Shown here: piece by piece, positions 17,073-27,739 of the stretch | Layout: each line of letters begins with the position of its first letter | Position numbering within the stretch: the stretch's first letter is position 1 | Program-made: the position numbers and the translations under genes | NCBI GenBank assembly: GCA_963643205.1 | Contig: CAVIJJ010000003.1 | Span: forward strand, 12,055 to 76,054 | Source of the DNA: a bacterium | Lineage (GTDB): Bacteria > Bacillota > Clostridia > Christensenellales > CAG-138 | Reading direction: 5' to 3' | DNA: 64,000 bases | Notes under the pieces: generated by a model | Told to the model about the DNA's origin: nothing | What the model saw: the letters and a program-made list of their open reading frames with translations, nothing else | Databases searched by the model: none

Positions 17073-18281
17073 TCACTTATTCACTACCATGCCCGCGGGT
17101 ATAACGGCATCGCTCTTTATGTCGGCGCCGCTCGCCACAAGGGTTATGTCCCCGGTAAGGGTTGTGTCGTAGCTGCCGGTTCCGTCGGGCTCCATGCCCA
17201 CCCGCGCGCCGCTTTCAACGCACGCGTTTTCGCCGAGTATGGCCTTCTTTATAATCGCGCCCTCGCCTATGCGTACGCCCGGCATTACAACGCTGTTTTC
17301 TATGACCGCGCCGCGTCCAACCCTTACGCCCGTGAAGAGTACGCTGCGCTCAACGGAGCCGTCTATGTCGCACCCTTCGCTTACAATGCTGTTTTCAACG
17401 CGCGCGTCGCTGCCGATATAATGCGCGGGCATTATGGGGCTGCGGCTGTATATGCGCCACTCGCTGTCGTTCAGATCAAGCGCCGCCGGGTTGTCAAGCA
17501 GGTCCATGTTCGCTTCCCAAAGGCTCTTTACGGTTCCAACGTCCTTCCAGTAGCCGTTAAAGCCATACGCCGCAAGGCGCCTGCCGTCGCTCAAAAGCTT
17601 GGGTATAACGTCCTTGCCGAAGTCGTGGCTGGAGTTCGGGTTCGCCTCATCCTCGGTAAGATATTTTTCAAGCACATCAAAGCTGAATATGTATATGCCC
17701 ATGGAGGCGTTGTTGCTCACGGGGTTCTTTGGCTTTTCCCAAAACGCGGTTATCATGCCGTTTTCATCCGTTTGCATAATGCCGAAGCGGTGCGCCTCTT
17801 CCATAGGCACCTGAAGAACGGCTATGGTAGCGTCCGCCTGCCGCTCAATATGGCAGCGCAGCATGGCGGCGTAATTCATTTTGTATATATGGTCGCCGCT
17901 TAATATAAGCACGTATTTGGGTGAATACTGCCTTAAAAAAGCAAGATTCTGATAAATCGCGTTCGCGGTGCCGGAATACCATTCGCCGCGGCTGCCGCTT
18001 ACATACGGCGGCAGAACGTATACGCCGCCGCTGTTGCGGTCCAGATCCCACGCGGAACCGTTGCCAAGATAAGCGTTTAGCTCAAGCGGAGAATACTGCG
18101 TAAGCACGCCCACGGTATCAATGTCCGAATTTACGCAGTTTGAAAGCGGAAAGTCAATTATCCTGTACTTGCCGCCAAACGGCACGGCGGGTTTGGCCGT
18201 GCGGTCCGTAAGCACGCCAAGGCGGGTTCCCTGTCCGCCGGCGAGCAGCATCGCAACCATCTTTTTAGTTACCATAGGCAT
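17073..18281 (-). CDS. glgC: glucose-1-phosphate adenylyltransferase
   Basis: [14 protein letters not shown]...[15 protein letters not shown] motif plus a C-terminal left-handed beta-helix. Confidence 0.95.
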   Translation of the reverse strand: MPMVTKKMVAMLLAGGQGTRLGVLTDRTAKPAVPFGGKYRIIDFPLSNCVNSDIDTVGVLTQYSPLELNAYLGNGSAWDLDRNSGGVYVLPPYVSGSRGEWYSGTANAIYQNLAFLRQYSPKYVLILSGDHIYKMNYAAMLRCHIERQADATIAVLQVPMEEAHRFGIMQTDENGMITAFWEKPKNPVSNNASMGIYIFSFDVLEKYLTEDEANPNSSHDFGKDVIPKLLSDGRRLAAYGFNGYWKDVGTVKSLWEANMDLLDNPAALDLNDSEWRIYSRSPIMPAHYIGSDARVENSIVSEGCDIDGSVERSVLFTGVRVGRGAVIENSVVMPGVRIGEGAIIKKAILGENACVESGARVGMEPDGTGSYDTTLTGDITLVASGADIKSDAVIPAGMVVNK

Positions 18282-18304
18282 TTATTCTCCTTTTATGATA
18301 TCGT

Positions 18305-20161
18305 TTAATTGTTTAATTTTTCGACCTTATAATACGCCGCCTCGTAGCCCTTAAGCTCAACGCGGACCACAAAATCCTTGTCCTCTTTATTCACGCTTAC
18401 ATTGGGTTCCTCGCGCTCTATGCTGCTCATAACCCGCTTAAGGCGGCAGTTGTACGGCATGCGGATAGGGTACGCGCCGTGCTCCACGGGGGTAAAGTTA
18501 AATACGCAAAGCAGCTCATGACCATCATCATCCATGCGGCTGAAGGCTATTATGCTGTGCAGCGCGTCCTCCGCCCGGCGCCACTCAAAGCCCGCCCAGG
18601 AATCATCGTCCCTATAAAGCGGGGCGTTATGCTTATATATCGTGTTCAGCGCCTTAACGAATTCCCTCAGCGCCGCGTGGTGCTCGTAGTCAAGCAGCAT
18701 CCAGTCAAGCGAGGTTTTGAAATTCCATTCGCTGAATTGGCCGAACTCCCCGCCCATGAACAGCAGCTTTTTGCCGGGCATGGCGTACTGGAGCATATAA
18801 AGCTCCCTAAGCTGCATGAACATTTCGTCATAGCTGCCCTTCATGCGCCCTATAAGCGAGTTTTTAAGGTGCACAACCTCGTCGTGCGAAAGGGGCAGTA
18901 TAAAATGCTCGCTGAAAGCGTAGCACATGGGAAAGGTAAGCTTATCGTGGGAATATTTTCTGTAAAGGCTGTCCTGCTTCATATACGAAAGCACGTCGTT
19001 CATCCAGCCCATGTTCCACTTAAAGTCAAAGCCCAAGCCGCCGTTTGAAACGGACCTTGTTACGCCGTCAAACGCCGTGCTCTCCTCCGCTATAAGCAGC
19101 GCGCCCGGGGCTTCCCTGTGCACGGCTGTGCTCAGCGTTTTGAAAAACTCTATCGCGCCCAGGTTCTCGCGCCCGCCGTAGCGGTTCGGCAAATACCCCA
19201 TGCCCTCCTTGCCAAAGTCAAGATAAAGCATGCAGCTTACGGCGTCCGCCCTAAGGCCGTCTATATGATATTCGTTAAGCCAAAAAACGGCGTTTGAAAC
19301 AAGAAAGCTTACAACCTCGCTGCGCTCGTAATTAAACTGCAGCGTTCCCCACTGCGGCTGCTCGCTGCGGCGGGAATCGGCGTGCTCATAAAGCGCGGTT
19401 CCGTCAAAAAGCCTTAATCCGTGGTCATCCTTTGTAAAATGCGCGGCCACCCAGTCGAGTATAACGCCTATGCCGCGGCTGTGCAGGGAGTCTATAAGCA
19501 GCTTAAGCCCGTTCGGGTCGCCGTAGCGGCTGGTGGCGCTGAAATAGCCCGTTGTCTGGTATCCCCAGCTGTCGTCAAGCGGATATTCGCCAAGCGGCAT
19601 AAGCTCAACGTGGGTATACCCCATTTCCTCAACATAGTCCGCAAGCTCATCCGCGAGCGTTTCGTAATCCATGCCCTTTCGCCACGAGCCAAGGTGCACC
19701 TCGTAAACGCTCATAGGCCGCGTGTGCGCTTCGTTTCCGCGGCGGGGTCGAGCGGCCATATATTCGCCGTCGTGCCAATTATATGTGTTTTCGTTCCAGA
19801 TTATTGATGCCGTATCCGGCCTAAGCTCGGAATAAAAGGCGAAGGGATCGGCCTTGAATATAAGTTCTTCGTTTTGAGTGTATATAGCGAATTTATAAAG
19901 ATCGCCCTCGCAGGCATCCCTCACATGCGCCTGCCATACGCCCGTTGTGGAGCAGGGGCGCATTACGTCCGCGTTTATGTTCCAATCGTTAAACGTGCCT
20001 ACCACGCTTACGCTCAGCGCGTTCGGCGCCCACACGGCAAAGCGATAAGCCGTTTCGCCATCCTCCATGGTTACCCTGTGGCAGCCAAGTGCCTTATACG
20101 CGTAGGCGTTTTTGCCCTCGTTAAAAAGATAAAGTTCGGTTTGATCCAGGTAAGTACCCAT
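18305..20161 (-). CDS. glgB: 1,4-alpha-glucan branching enzyme
   Basis: 618 aa GH13 protein with CBM48 N-domain and catalytic regions (DWVAAHF, GLRADAV, IAEEST). Confidence 0.95.
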   Translation of the reverse strand: MGTYLDQTELYLFNEGKNAYAYKALGCHRVTMEDGETAYRFAVWAPNALSVSVVGTFNDWNINADVMRPCSTTGVWQAHVRDACEGDLYKFAIYTQNEELIFKADPFAFYSELRPDTASIIWNENTYNWHDGEYMAARPRRGNEAHTRPMSVYEVHLGSWRKGMDYETLADELADYVEEMGYTHVELMPLGEYPLDDSWGYQTTGYFSATSRYGDPNGLKLLIDSLHSRGIGVILDWVAAHFTKDDHGLRLFDGTALYEHADSRRSEQPQWGTLQFNYERSEVVSFLVSNAVFWLNEYHIDGLRADAVSCMLYLDFGKEGMGYLPNRYGGRENLGAIEFFKTLSTAVHREAPGALLIAEESTAFDGVTRSVSNGGLGFDFKWNMGWMNDVLSYMKQDSLYRKYSHDKLTFPMCYAFSEHFILPLSHDEVVHLKNSLIGRMKGSYDEMFMQLRELYMLQYAMPGKKLLFMGGEFGQFSEWNFKTSLDWMLLDYEHHAALREFVKALNTIYKHNAPLYRDDDSWAGFEWRRAEDALHSIIAFSRMDDDGHELLCVFNFTPVEHGAYPIRMPYNCRLKRVMSSIEREEPNVSVNKEDKDFVVRVELKGYEAAYYKVEKLNN

Positions 20162-20231
20162 ACGTTTTTAAGCACCGCCCTTTCCTCCGCTATATTTTAC
20201 TCCTTATAAAGCGGTTTGGATAGGGCGATTT

Positions 20232-21119
20232 TTACTCCCTCCCCTTAAGGTATTCCATAAGCAGCTTGCCAAGCGCTATATACATATCGGCATAGCCCAT
20301 GTTGAAGCGCTCCTTTATTGCCGAGCGCGAAAAATTCATTGTGCCGCTGCCCTTTATCTGCTCAAGCGGCTTAGAAGGATAAATGTGCACAAGGCGCGTT
20401 TTGCCAATGTGGTCAAGGTCCCGCGTTTCCTGCTCGCGCAGGTGTATTACCAATATAATGTCGTATCCCTCATCCTGCAAAGGGGCTATGGGCGTAACGT
20501 CGCTGTTTTTAACGCCGTAGGCGGAATCGTTTATGCCGCCGTCCGCGAACTTATGCCCGTCTATCTCCACAGGATCGTAAACATGGGGTATGGCGGCGCT
20601 TGCCAGAACCGCGTTCACCATGCCCTCGTCATCCTGGTTTTTAAGCTCAAAATATTTTACGCAAAGATCGTTTATATCGTAAGCGCAGGCGAAAAGCTTT
20701 GCCCTGTGCGCGCGTATTTTCTCAAAATCGCAGTTTTTATGGATAAGGGCGCGCAGTGAGCTTTGGGTAAACACAGCTCCGGATTCGTTTCCCTGAAGCT
20801 GGTTTGTAATATGCAGCTTGCCCACAATATCCTTTATGGCGCGGCTGTCGCTCTCCACCATTGCCTTTGGCGCGGCAACGGTCATAAGGCCTATATTCTG
20901 CCACAGTTCCTCTAAAAGAGCCGTATCGTCCATGGCGAAAACAAGCGTGTTCAGCGCGCCAACGCTCGTGCCGCTTACGCCGTATACCTTTTCGGCAACG
21001 TCCATTTCGCTCATGGCCTTTATGGCTCCCGCCTCATAAGCGCCCTTGGCTCCGCCCCCGCTCAGGACAAGGCCGAATTTAAGCGCGTTCCATTTTTCCG
21101 CGTTGCTTCCGTTAAGCAT
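20232..21119 (-). CDS. patatin-like phospholipase
   Basis: GLVLSGGGAKGAYEAG oxyanion motif and GTSVG nucleophile elbow. I prefer the start at 21119 (AAAGGAG RBS) over the ORF-track start at 21185. Confidence 0.85.
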   Translation of the reverse strand: MLNGSNAEKWNALKFGLVLSGGGAKGAYEAGAIKAMSEMDVAEKVYGVSGTSVGALNTLVFAMDDTALLEELWQNIGLMTVAAPKAMVESDSRAIKDIVGKLHITNQLQGNESGAVFTQSSLRALIHKNCDFEKIRAHRAKLFACAYDINDLCVKYFELKNQDDEGMVNAVLASAAIPHVYDPVEIDGHKFADGGINDSAYGVKNSDVTPIAPLQDEGYDIILVIHLREQETRDLDHIGKTRLVHIYPSKPLEQIKGSGTMNFSRSAIKERFNMGYADMYIALGKLLMEYLKGRE

Positions 21120-21194
21120 AATTCGTGCTCCTTTCATGCCGTGGTTTACAAGCATATTATAATGTAAATCGCGGTGCAATGACAAGTGCGCCGG

Positions 21195-21232
21195 AAAACA
21201 AAAGGAGCTCCCCTTTTAAGGAAGCTCCTTCA
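21195..21232 (-). terminator. intrinsic terminator after the serine hydrolase gene
   Basis: GGAGCTCCC / GGAAGCTCC imperfect stem followed by TTTTGTTTT on the minus strand. Confidence 0.55.
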
Positions 21233-21271
21233 GCCTGTAAGCGGCTGTTTATAGCTTTATCAAGGTCTGTT

Positions 21272-22738
21272 TCAGTCCTCGTCCTCTACCCTCTGCCAAA
21301 TGCGGGTACCGACCATGGCGGCCCAGGCCTTATTATCGTGAATATAGAAGTGCATGCGGTTTACAAGGTTGCCCTTGCGGAAGCCCTGGAACCAGCTTTC
21401 GCCGCAGAATACCATATCCATGGGGCCGTAGGCGTTTTCGGCCTTCAGCTTGCCGTTCTCGTCAATATAAACCTTAAGCTTGGCGGGAATACCCTCGTGG
21501 CAAAGATAGGTGCCAACAAGCGCCTCGGGCTCGGCAAAGTCGTATCCAACGGGGTGCAGCCAGCGGTGGCTCTCCTCAAGGGGCTCGCCCATTATCATGT
21601 TGTACATTATCCAGCACAGGTCGTCGGTATCGCAGTCGCCCTGGTTGCACAGAGCCGCAAAGCCGTAGCCCTCGTCCTTAAGGCAGCCGCCGTGGGTGGA
21701 TACGCCGTGCAGTCCGCCGGAATGCTCGCAGATAACGTGGCCATTCTTGGTGCGCTTGTAAAGGCCGTAGCAGTAAATGGGCTTCTCTTCCTCGCCGAAA
21801 CGCTTGCCGATCATCAGCTCAACGGCCTTGGCGGGAATTACCTGCTTGCCGTCTATAACGCCGTGGTTGCCAAGGCAGCTGTAATAACGGGCCATATCGT
21901 GCGCGGTGCTCTTTACGCAGGCGCAGGCGCGGAACGGGGGCAGTACGCTCCAGAAATCGTCCGCTATGCTCTCGCCGTCAACCTCTTCAAAAAGGCTGGT
22001 AATATTTCCGTCGGAAGCTATCTTCTTGGCCTCGGAACCGTCCAGGTCAAGCACGGTTCTGGTCATGCCGATGGGCCCGAATACGCGCTCGTTAAGGAAC
22101 TGCTCAAGGGGAATGCCGGCCGCCGCGTCGACTATATAGGATATAACGGCGTAGCCTTCGTTTGAATAGCTCATGTACTCGCCGGGAGCGCCGAGCGTTT
22201 TATACTTGCAGTTGGCGATATAGTCTATAACCTGCTCGATTGTATTCATCTGGTTGGGGGAGGTGCGGCGCATCTGCTTTGCCCAGCAGTCGTCATTGTC
22301 GCTCTTCTCGCCGTTCTTTTCGTCCTCTATAACATCCGCGAAACGATCAACGCTGTTCATGGCTATTGACCATTCCAGGGGCTCCATGGGAGGTATGCCT
22401 GCGGTGTGCATGGCAAGGTGCTTTACAAGCACGGTTTCCGGGGGATTGCCGGGTATTCTGAAGGAGGGAATATATTTGGTTACGGGATCGTCAAAGCTGA
22501 ATTTGCCTTCCGCCTCCAGTATGCAAAGAGCAAGGGTGGAAGTGGATTTGCTCATGCTGGCTATGCCGAAAACGGTATTGGCATCTATAGCCTTGGTGCG
22601 CTCATTGTTGCCGTAGCCGTAGCCCTTTTCGAATATAACGCCGTCGGGGCCGTATATAGCGCAGCCAACACCGGGCAGCTTCTTTTCTTTAATCCTTTTC
22701 TCAAGCGCCTCGTCCAGTGCCTTCAGGTCGTAGTTCAT
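21272..22738 (-). CDS. beta-lactamase-fold serine hydrolase (class C / PBP4*-like family)
   Basis: SMSK (SxxK) motif near the N-terminus in a typical beta-lactamase family context; 488 aa. Confidence 0.8.
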   Translation of the reverse strand: MNYDLKALDEALEKRIKEKKLPGVGCAIYGPDGVIFEKGYGYGNNERTKAIDANTVFGIASMSKSTSTLALCILEAEGKFSFDDPVTKYIPSFRIPGNPPETVLVKHLAMHTAGIPPMEPLEWSIAMNSVDRFADVIEDEKNGEKSDNDDCWAKQMRRTSPNQMNTIEQVIDYIANCKYKTLGAPGEYMSYSNEGYAVISYIVDAAAGIPLEQFLNERVFGPIGMTRTVLDLDGSEAKKIASDGNITSLFEEVDGESIADDFWSVLPPFRACACVKSTAHDMARYYSCLGNHGVIDGKQVIPAKAVELMIGKRFGEEEKPIYCYGLYKRTKNGHVICEHSGGLHGVSTHGGCLKDEGYGFAALCNQGDCDTDDLCWIMYNMIMGEPLEESHRWLHPVGYDFAEPEALVGTYLCHEGIPAKLKVYIDENGKLKAENAYGPMDMVFCGESWFQGFRKGNLVNRMHFYIHDNKAWAAMVGTRIWQRVEDED

Positions 22739-22791
22739 GTTTTTTCTTTCCTCCTGATGATAAATGTTTGTTTATATTTTAGTTGCCCGTT

Positions 22792-23421
22792 TTAAGCGAG
22801 CATATTCCTAAGCTTGTTCGCTATCGCCTCGCCAAGCGCCCTGTGCCCTTCCGGCTCCATGTGCTCATTATCAACATCCGATGTAGGCGCGTACAACGCG
22901 GCATCAAGAAACTCTACATTTAGCCGTTCCGCGGCCTGCTTATAAAGCGGGGCAAATTTAAGTGACTCCTCCCGCCCTATATACGCAAGGGGGCTTGAGT
23001 CCGTTTTCGCGATGTTTTCGCCGATAAGAATGGGCGAAACAAGAAGTACCTTCGGCTTTGATTCGCTAAAATAAAGCGCCGAATTGAGTACCATTCGCGT
23101 AAGCATGGTGCAGCCGCGGCAGGCCTCCCACGCCGTATGGTTATGCATAAGGTCGTTTGTGCCAAGCATTATTACGGCACAGTCAAGCGGGGCGTGGCTC
23201 ATAAGGCAGCACATAAGGTGCTTTTTGCCGTTCAGCTCCGCGTCAAACGGGCTGTCAAACACGGTTGTTCGCCCGTTAAGCCCTTCTTCTATAATCCTGT
23301 ACTCATTCCCAAGCAGCCGCTGGGCAACGCCCGTCCAGCGGGTATCAACATCGTAGCGGCCCCTGCCGCCCGGTATATAGCCCCATGTATTCGAATCGCC
23401 GTAGCAAAGTATGTTCTTCAT
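22792..23421 (-). CDS. SGNH/GDSL hydrolase
   Basis: ILCYGDSNTWG block I, GLNGRT block II and a C-terminal DxxH block. I prefer the start at 23421. Confidence 0.8.
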   Translation of the reverse strand: MKNILCYGDSNTWGYIPGGRGRYDVDTRWTGVAQRLLGNEYRIIEEGLNGRTTVFDSPFDAELNGKKHLMCCLMSHAPLDCAVIMLGTNDLMHNHTAWEACRGCTMLTRMVLNSALYFSESKPKVLLVSPILIGENIAKTDSSPLAYIGREESLKFAPLYKQAAERLNVEFLDAALYAPTSDVDNEHMEPEGHRALGEAIANKLRNMLA

Positions 23422-23568
23422 GCCAAGGTTTTCCTTTCGCCGCGTTTCCCACGGTATCAGTATACCATAAATCGCGGTTTCTGTATTGTTATAATGCAAA
23501 AAAAAGGCTATAATTACAGGAAGTAAATGTCTTGTCATTTTTAATTTGTATAAATTGGAGGAGCAGCA

Positions 23569-24930
23569 ATGGATTATTTAATTAAAAACGGGCGCATAGC
23601 GGACAAAAACGGCTGCTACGACGCGGACCTTATCATTAAAAACGGCAAAATAACATATATTGGCGACGGGCTTGACGCATCCGGGCTTGAGGTTATAGAC
23701 GCCTCCGGCTGCTACGTTATGCCCGGCTTTATAGACACGCATACCCATTTTGACCTTAATACCGGCTCCTGCGTAACGGCCGACGATTTTAACACCGGCA
23801 CCCGCGCGGCAATACTGGGCGGCACAACCAGCGTGCTTGACTTTGCAACGCAGGAACGCGACGGAACGCTTAACGAGGCGCTCAATGTTTGGCACGAAAA
23901 GGCCAAAATAGCGCACTGCAACTACGGCTTCCACATGGCCATAGCCCGCTGGGACAAAGAGACCGAGGCCGAAATGGCGGACATGACGCGCGAGGGCGTA
24001 ACATCATACAAAATGTATATGGTATACGATTCCCTGCGCGTGGACGACGGCAGCCTTTACGCCGCGCTTAAGGCGGCCAAGCAGTACGGCGCCATAATAG
24101 GCGTACATTGCGAAAACTGGGACACGCTGCTGCGCATAACTAAGGAGATTAAGGATCGCGGCATACTGGGACCCGAGGGGCATCCTCTCTCCCGCCCGAA
24201 CGACATAGAGGCCGAGGCCGTGGCGCGCTATATGCGCCTGGCAAAGCTTGCGGACGCCCCGGCTTACGTGGTGCATCTTTCAACGCACGAGGGGCTTGAG
24301 GAGGCTCTGCGCGCGCGCAAACGCGGGCAGGAGGTTTATCTTGAAACATGCCCGCAGTATCTGTTCCTTGATGACGAACACTATCTTGACCCGGATGGAG
24401 CAAAGTTTGTAATGAGCCCTCCGCTTAGGAAAAAGGAAGACAACAAGGCCCTTATAACCGCCTGCGCGCGCGGCGAGATAGACACGCTCGGCACGGATCA
24501 CTGCTCCTTTACAATGGCGCAGAAACTTGCGGCGGCAGACTTTTCGGGCATACCTAACGGCGGCGCGGGCGTAAGATGGCGCGGCGAGCTGCTGTATACA
24601 TACGGCGTGCTTGCGGGCAGAATGACCATGCAGCGTTTCTCCGCCCTTATGAGCGGCAACGCGGCGAGCATATTCGGCATGGCCGGGCGCGGCAGAATAG
24701 CCAAGGATTTCGCGGCGGACGTTGTTATTTGGGATGGCGCGGTATCGCGCACCATATCCGATACGGACGGCGAGCATAACTGCGACAACACTCCCTTTAA
24801 CGGCATGGAGGTTAAGGGCTGCGCGAAGCACGTTTTCCTAAACGGTGAGCTGGTTGTTAAGGACGGCAAGCTTATTGCCGAAAACCGCGGCAGATACATT
24901 CGCCGCAAGGCTCACGGCAAAATAAGATGA
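23569..24930 (+). CDS. hyuA: cyclic amidohydrolase: D-hydantoinase / dihydropyrimidinase (HyuA-like)
   Basis: GFIDTHTHFDL, SYKMYM (carbamylated Lys context), VHCEN and GTDHCSF motifs of the hydantoinase/dihydropyrimidinase family. Confidence 0.8.
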   Translation: MDYLIKNGRIADKNGCYDADLIIKNGKITYIGDGLDASGLEVIDASGCYVMPGFIDTHTHFDLNTGSCVTADDFNTGTRAAILGGTTSVLDFATQERDGTLNEALNVWHEKAKIAHCNYGFHMAIARWDKETEAEMADMTREGVTSYKMYMVYDSLRVDDGSLYAALKAAKQYGAIIGVHCENWDTLLRITKEIKDRGILGPEGHPLSRPNDIEAEAVARYMRLAKLADAPAYVVHLSTHEGLEEALRARKRGQEVYLETCPQYLFLDDEHYLDPDGAKFVMSPPLRKKEDNKALITACARGEIDTLGTDHCSFTMAQKLAAADFSGIPNGGAGVRWRGELLYTYGVLAGRMTMQRFSALMSGNAASIFGMAGRGRIAKDFAADVVIWDGAVSRTISDTDGEHNCDNTPFNGMEVKGCAKHVFLNGELVVKDGKLIAENRGRYIRRKAHGKIR

Positions 24931-25514
24931 AAATAGCGGCGGTGCTTATGGCGGCGGGCGCGTCGGTGCGCTTTGGCGAATGCAAGCTTATAAAGCAATT
25001 CAATTCGCGACCGATGTATGAATACGCGCTTGATGCCCTGCCAACGGATAAGCTCTGCTCCGTGGCTGTTGTATCGGGGCGGGAGGAAATACTTACCCGC
25101 GCGAAAAGTCTGGGCTTTATTCCGGTTTTTAACGATAAACCCGAGGAGGGGCCGCCCCGTACCATACGCCTGGGGCTTGATGCCGTACGCGACGCGGACG
25201 GAGTAATGTTCATGGTGGCGGATCAGCCGCTGCTTAAAAGGCAAAGCGTAGCCGGTGAAATAGACTTTTTTATAGAAAACGGCGGCAAATACATAGTATC
25301 CATGGGCTGCGGCACGCGCCGGGGGAACCCGGTTATATTCCCGCGGGAATTTTTTGGTGAGCTAAGCTCCCTTTCCGGTGAACGCGGCGGCGGGGCCGTT
25401 ATAGCGGCGCATAAGGATAGGCTTATGCTTTACGACATAGGCGACGAAGCCGAGCTTATGGATATAGACACCGCCTCGGACTACACGCGGCTTATTGAGG
25501 AGGGTAAAATATGA
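24927..25514 (+). CDS. mocA: MobA/MocA-like nucleotidyltransferase (probable molybdenum cofactor cytidylyltransferase)
   Basis: AAVLMAAGASVRFGECKL N-terminal signature. It has 4-nt ATGA overlaps with both neighbours and lies near a xanthine dehydrogenase. Confidence 0.7.
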   Translation: MKIAAVLMAAGASVRFGECKLIKQFNSRPMYEYALDALPTDKLCSVAVVSGREEILTRAKSLGFIPVFNDKPEEGPPRTIRLGLDAVRDADGVMFMVADQPLLKRQSVAGEIDFFIENGGKYIVSMGCGTRRGNPVIFPREFFGELSSLSGERGGGAVIAAHKDRLMLYDIGDEAELMDIDTASDYTRLIEEGKI

Positions 25515-26788
25515 ATTACAGCGGAATAAGCGGAACCGTAATCACCGCCAACGAATCCGATAAGCTTGATATACTTGAAAACGGCGTAATCATAACCGAT
25601 TGCGGCGGCACTATACAGGGCGTTTACGCGCGCGATGAGCTGCCGGAGCTTTATAAAAGCGCGGATATTACCGACTTTGGCAGCAGAATAATAACAACCG
25701 CTTTCTGCGATTTGCATCTTCATGCCCCGCAATACCCCATGCTTGGGCTTGGCATGGATTTGCCGCTTATGCAGTGGCTTTATAATTACACGTTCCGCAC
25801 AGAGGCTCTTTTTAAGGATGCATCCTTCGCGCGGGAGGTATATTCCGCTCTCGCGCGGGAGCTTATAGCGCGCGGCACAACACACGTTTGCGTTTTTTCA
25901 TCCGTGCATACGGATTCAAGCATTATACTCGCCCAAGAGCTTGAAAAAGCGGGTATATACGGCTACGCCGGCAAGGTGAGCATGGACAGGAACACAACCG
26001 ACGAGCTTATGGAAACAACCCGGGGCGCGTTGAGCGAGGAACGCCGCTTTATAGAAGGGGTACTTTCAAGCTCTGTCAGCATAAAGCCCATTGTAACGCC
26101 GCGCTTTACGCCAAGCTGTACAGACGAGCTTATGGCGGGCTTAGGCAAGCTGAAAAAGGAATACAGCCTTCGCGCGCAGTCCCATTTGAGCGAGAACTTC
26201 GAGGAAATAGAGATGGTGCGCTCCCTTTGCCCGGACTGTGAGCGCTATTATGAAACCTACCAAAAGGCCGGACTTTTTGAGGAAAATACCGTTATGGCGC
26301 ACTGCGTGCACAGCGACGATACCGAGCGCGCCGCAATAAAGGCAAGCGGTGTTTGGGCGGCGCATTGCCCCAACTCCAATACAAACGTATATTCGGGCCT
26401 TGCCCCCGTGCGCAAAATGATGAACGAGGGGATTAAGGTTGGTCTCGGGTCGGACATTGCGGGCGGCGACAAGCTTAGCATGCGCCATGTTGCCTGCGCC
26501 GCGATAAGGGTTTCAAAACTTAGGTATTATTACGCCAACCGCGCGGAGGAAGAAAGATTTTTGGATGTTTCGGAGGCGTTCAGCCTCGCTTCGTCCCGTC
26601 CGAGGGAATTTTTCAATCTGAGCCGCGGCTTTGAGGCGGGCGAAAAGCTTGACGCGATTGTGTTTGACGAATCCACGCAGGGCCCGTCCATTCCGCTTAA
26701 TAATTCCGAGCGCTTTGAGCGGCTTATATATTCGGATGATCCAAGGGACATTTTCGCCGTGTACTCAATGGGCGTACGGCGCAAGTAA
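25511..26788 (+). CDS. guaD: guanine deaminase
   Basis: 425 aa amidohydrolase with HLHAPQYP...LMQWL, SHLSEN and HCVH motifs characteristic of guanine deaminases. Confidence 0.8.
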   Translation: MNYSGISGTVITANESDKLDILENGVIITDCGGTIQGVYARDELPELYKSADITDFGSRIITTAFCDLHLHAPQYPMLGLGMDLPLMQWLYNYTFRTEALFKDASFAREVYSALARELIARGTTHVCVFSSVHTDSSIILAQELEKAGIYGYAGKVSMDRNTTDELMETTRGALSEERRFIEGVLSSSVSIKPIVTPRFTPSCTDELMAGLGKLKKEYSLRAQSHLSENFEEIEMVRSLCPDCERYYETYQKAGLFEENTVMAHCVHSDDTERAAIKASGVWAAHCPNSNTNVYSGLAPVRKMMNEGIKVGLGSDIAGGDKLSMRHVACAAIRVSKLRYYYANRAEEERFLDVSEAFSLASSRPREFFNLSRGFEAGEKLDAIVFDESTQGPSIPLNNSERFERLIYSDDPRDIFAVYSMGVRRK

Positions 26789-26847
26789 AAAAAGGCAATT
26801 ATATTTGCAATTATAAATACTTTATACAAAAGGAGAAAACAGAAGAA

Positions 26848-27099
26848 ATGCTTGAGTACAGGTACGACACGCAGCTGCTCATAGAGGGCACGGGCCTTGA
26901 TGAGGACGCGATAAGCGACTATTTCACCGCCAATTTTAAGGGCGACTGTCTGCTTGCCGTTGGCGCGGACACGCTTATAAAAATTCATTACCACACCAAC
27001 GAGCCCTGGAAGGTGCTTGAATACTGCGCCTCCCTGGGCGAGATATACGACATAGTGGTTGAGGACATGGACCGCCAGGCGCGCGGCCTGCAGGGCTGA
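26848..27099 (+). CDS. stand-alone 83-aa module resembling the C-terminal domain of DAK2-fusion protein YloV
   Basis: YRYDTQLLIEG...GDCLLAVGADTLIKIHYHTNEPWKVLEY...IYDIVVEDMDRQ follows the YloV C-terminal pattern (GYCTEF-I-G ... KVHVHTN-P ... I-NM--Q). Confidence 0.5.
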   Translation: MLEYRYDTQLLIEGTGLDEDAISDYFTANFKGDCLLAVGADTLIKIHYHTNEPWKVLEYCASLGEIYDIVVEDMDRQARGLQG

Positions 27100-27107
27100 A
27101 GTTAACC

Positions 27108-27151
27108 GAAAAATCCCTCCGCACCAACTCGGGCGGAGGGATTGTTTTTTT
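27108..27151. terminator. bidirectional intrinsic terminator
   Basis: ATCCCTCCGC / GCGGAGGGAT 10-bp stem with an A-run before it and a T-run (27144-27151) after it. Confidence 0.8.
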
Positions 27152-27155
27152 GCGG

Positions 27156-27389
27156 TTATTCCTTAACTATATACGGATCAAGCCGTTCAAAGTCGGCGGG
27201 ATCGGAAAGGCAAAGCTCAACGCCCTCTATCATGCCGTCCTGAAACATTTGGGTCAGGGCGATGTACTGGCAAAGGGTGGATTTAAGGTTCAGCCTGTCG
27301 CCCTCGCCGGTTACAAGCTCCACTCTTCCCCGGCACTCGTTCACGGCCTTAAAGAACCTGTTCGGCTCGGCTATATCAACTATTTTCAT
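27156..27389 (-). CDS. hypothetical 77-aa protein
   Basis: A GGGAG RBS overlaps the end of the upstream gene and the gene is followed by a strong terminator. I recognise no family. Confidence 0.5.
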   Translation of the reverse strand: MKIVDIAEPNRFFKAVNECRGRVELVTGEGDRLNLKSTLCQYIALTQMFQDGMIEGVELCLSDPADFERLDPYIVKE

Positions 27390-27393
27390 TCAA

Positions 27394-27714
27394 TTACTCC
27401 CATTCTATCGCGCCTACGGATTCAAGATATTCCTCGGCAAAATCAAGATAATCCTCGCTCAGGCGCATCGCGAATTCCTTGTATTTGGGCCAGCGCTTCT
27501 GCATGCCGGCGAATATAAGCTCGTAAGCGTCGTCATCATCATAGTCCTCGCCCTGGTCGGCGCCGCTCTTTGCCATGTACTCATTGTCAAGGTCAAGCAG
27601 ATCGTCCACCATTTTGGCAAGCTCGCCCTCTTCAAGGAAATCAAAGTCGCCCTCAACGGTAAACTTGTTAATTATGTATGCCTTCATGGCGTCTATGTCT
27701 ATATCGATATACAT
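27394..27714 (-). CDS. hypothetical highly acidic 106-aa protein
   Basis: AAGGAG RBS. About one third of the residues are Asp/Glu, including a DYDDDD run. I recognise no family. Confidence 0.55.
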   Translation of the reverse strand: MYIDIDIDAMKAYIINKFTVEGDFDFLEEGELAKMVDDLLDLDNEYMAKSGADQGEDYDDDDAYELIFAGMQKRWPKYKEFAMRLSEDYLDFAEEYLESVGAIEWE

Positions 27715-27739
27715 TTTGAATATTCTCCTTTTTTATTTA

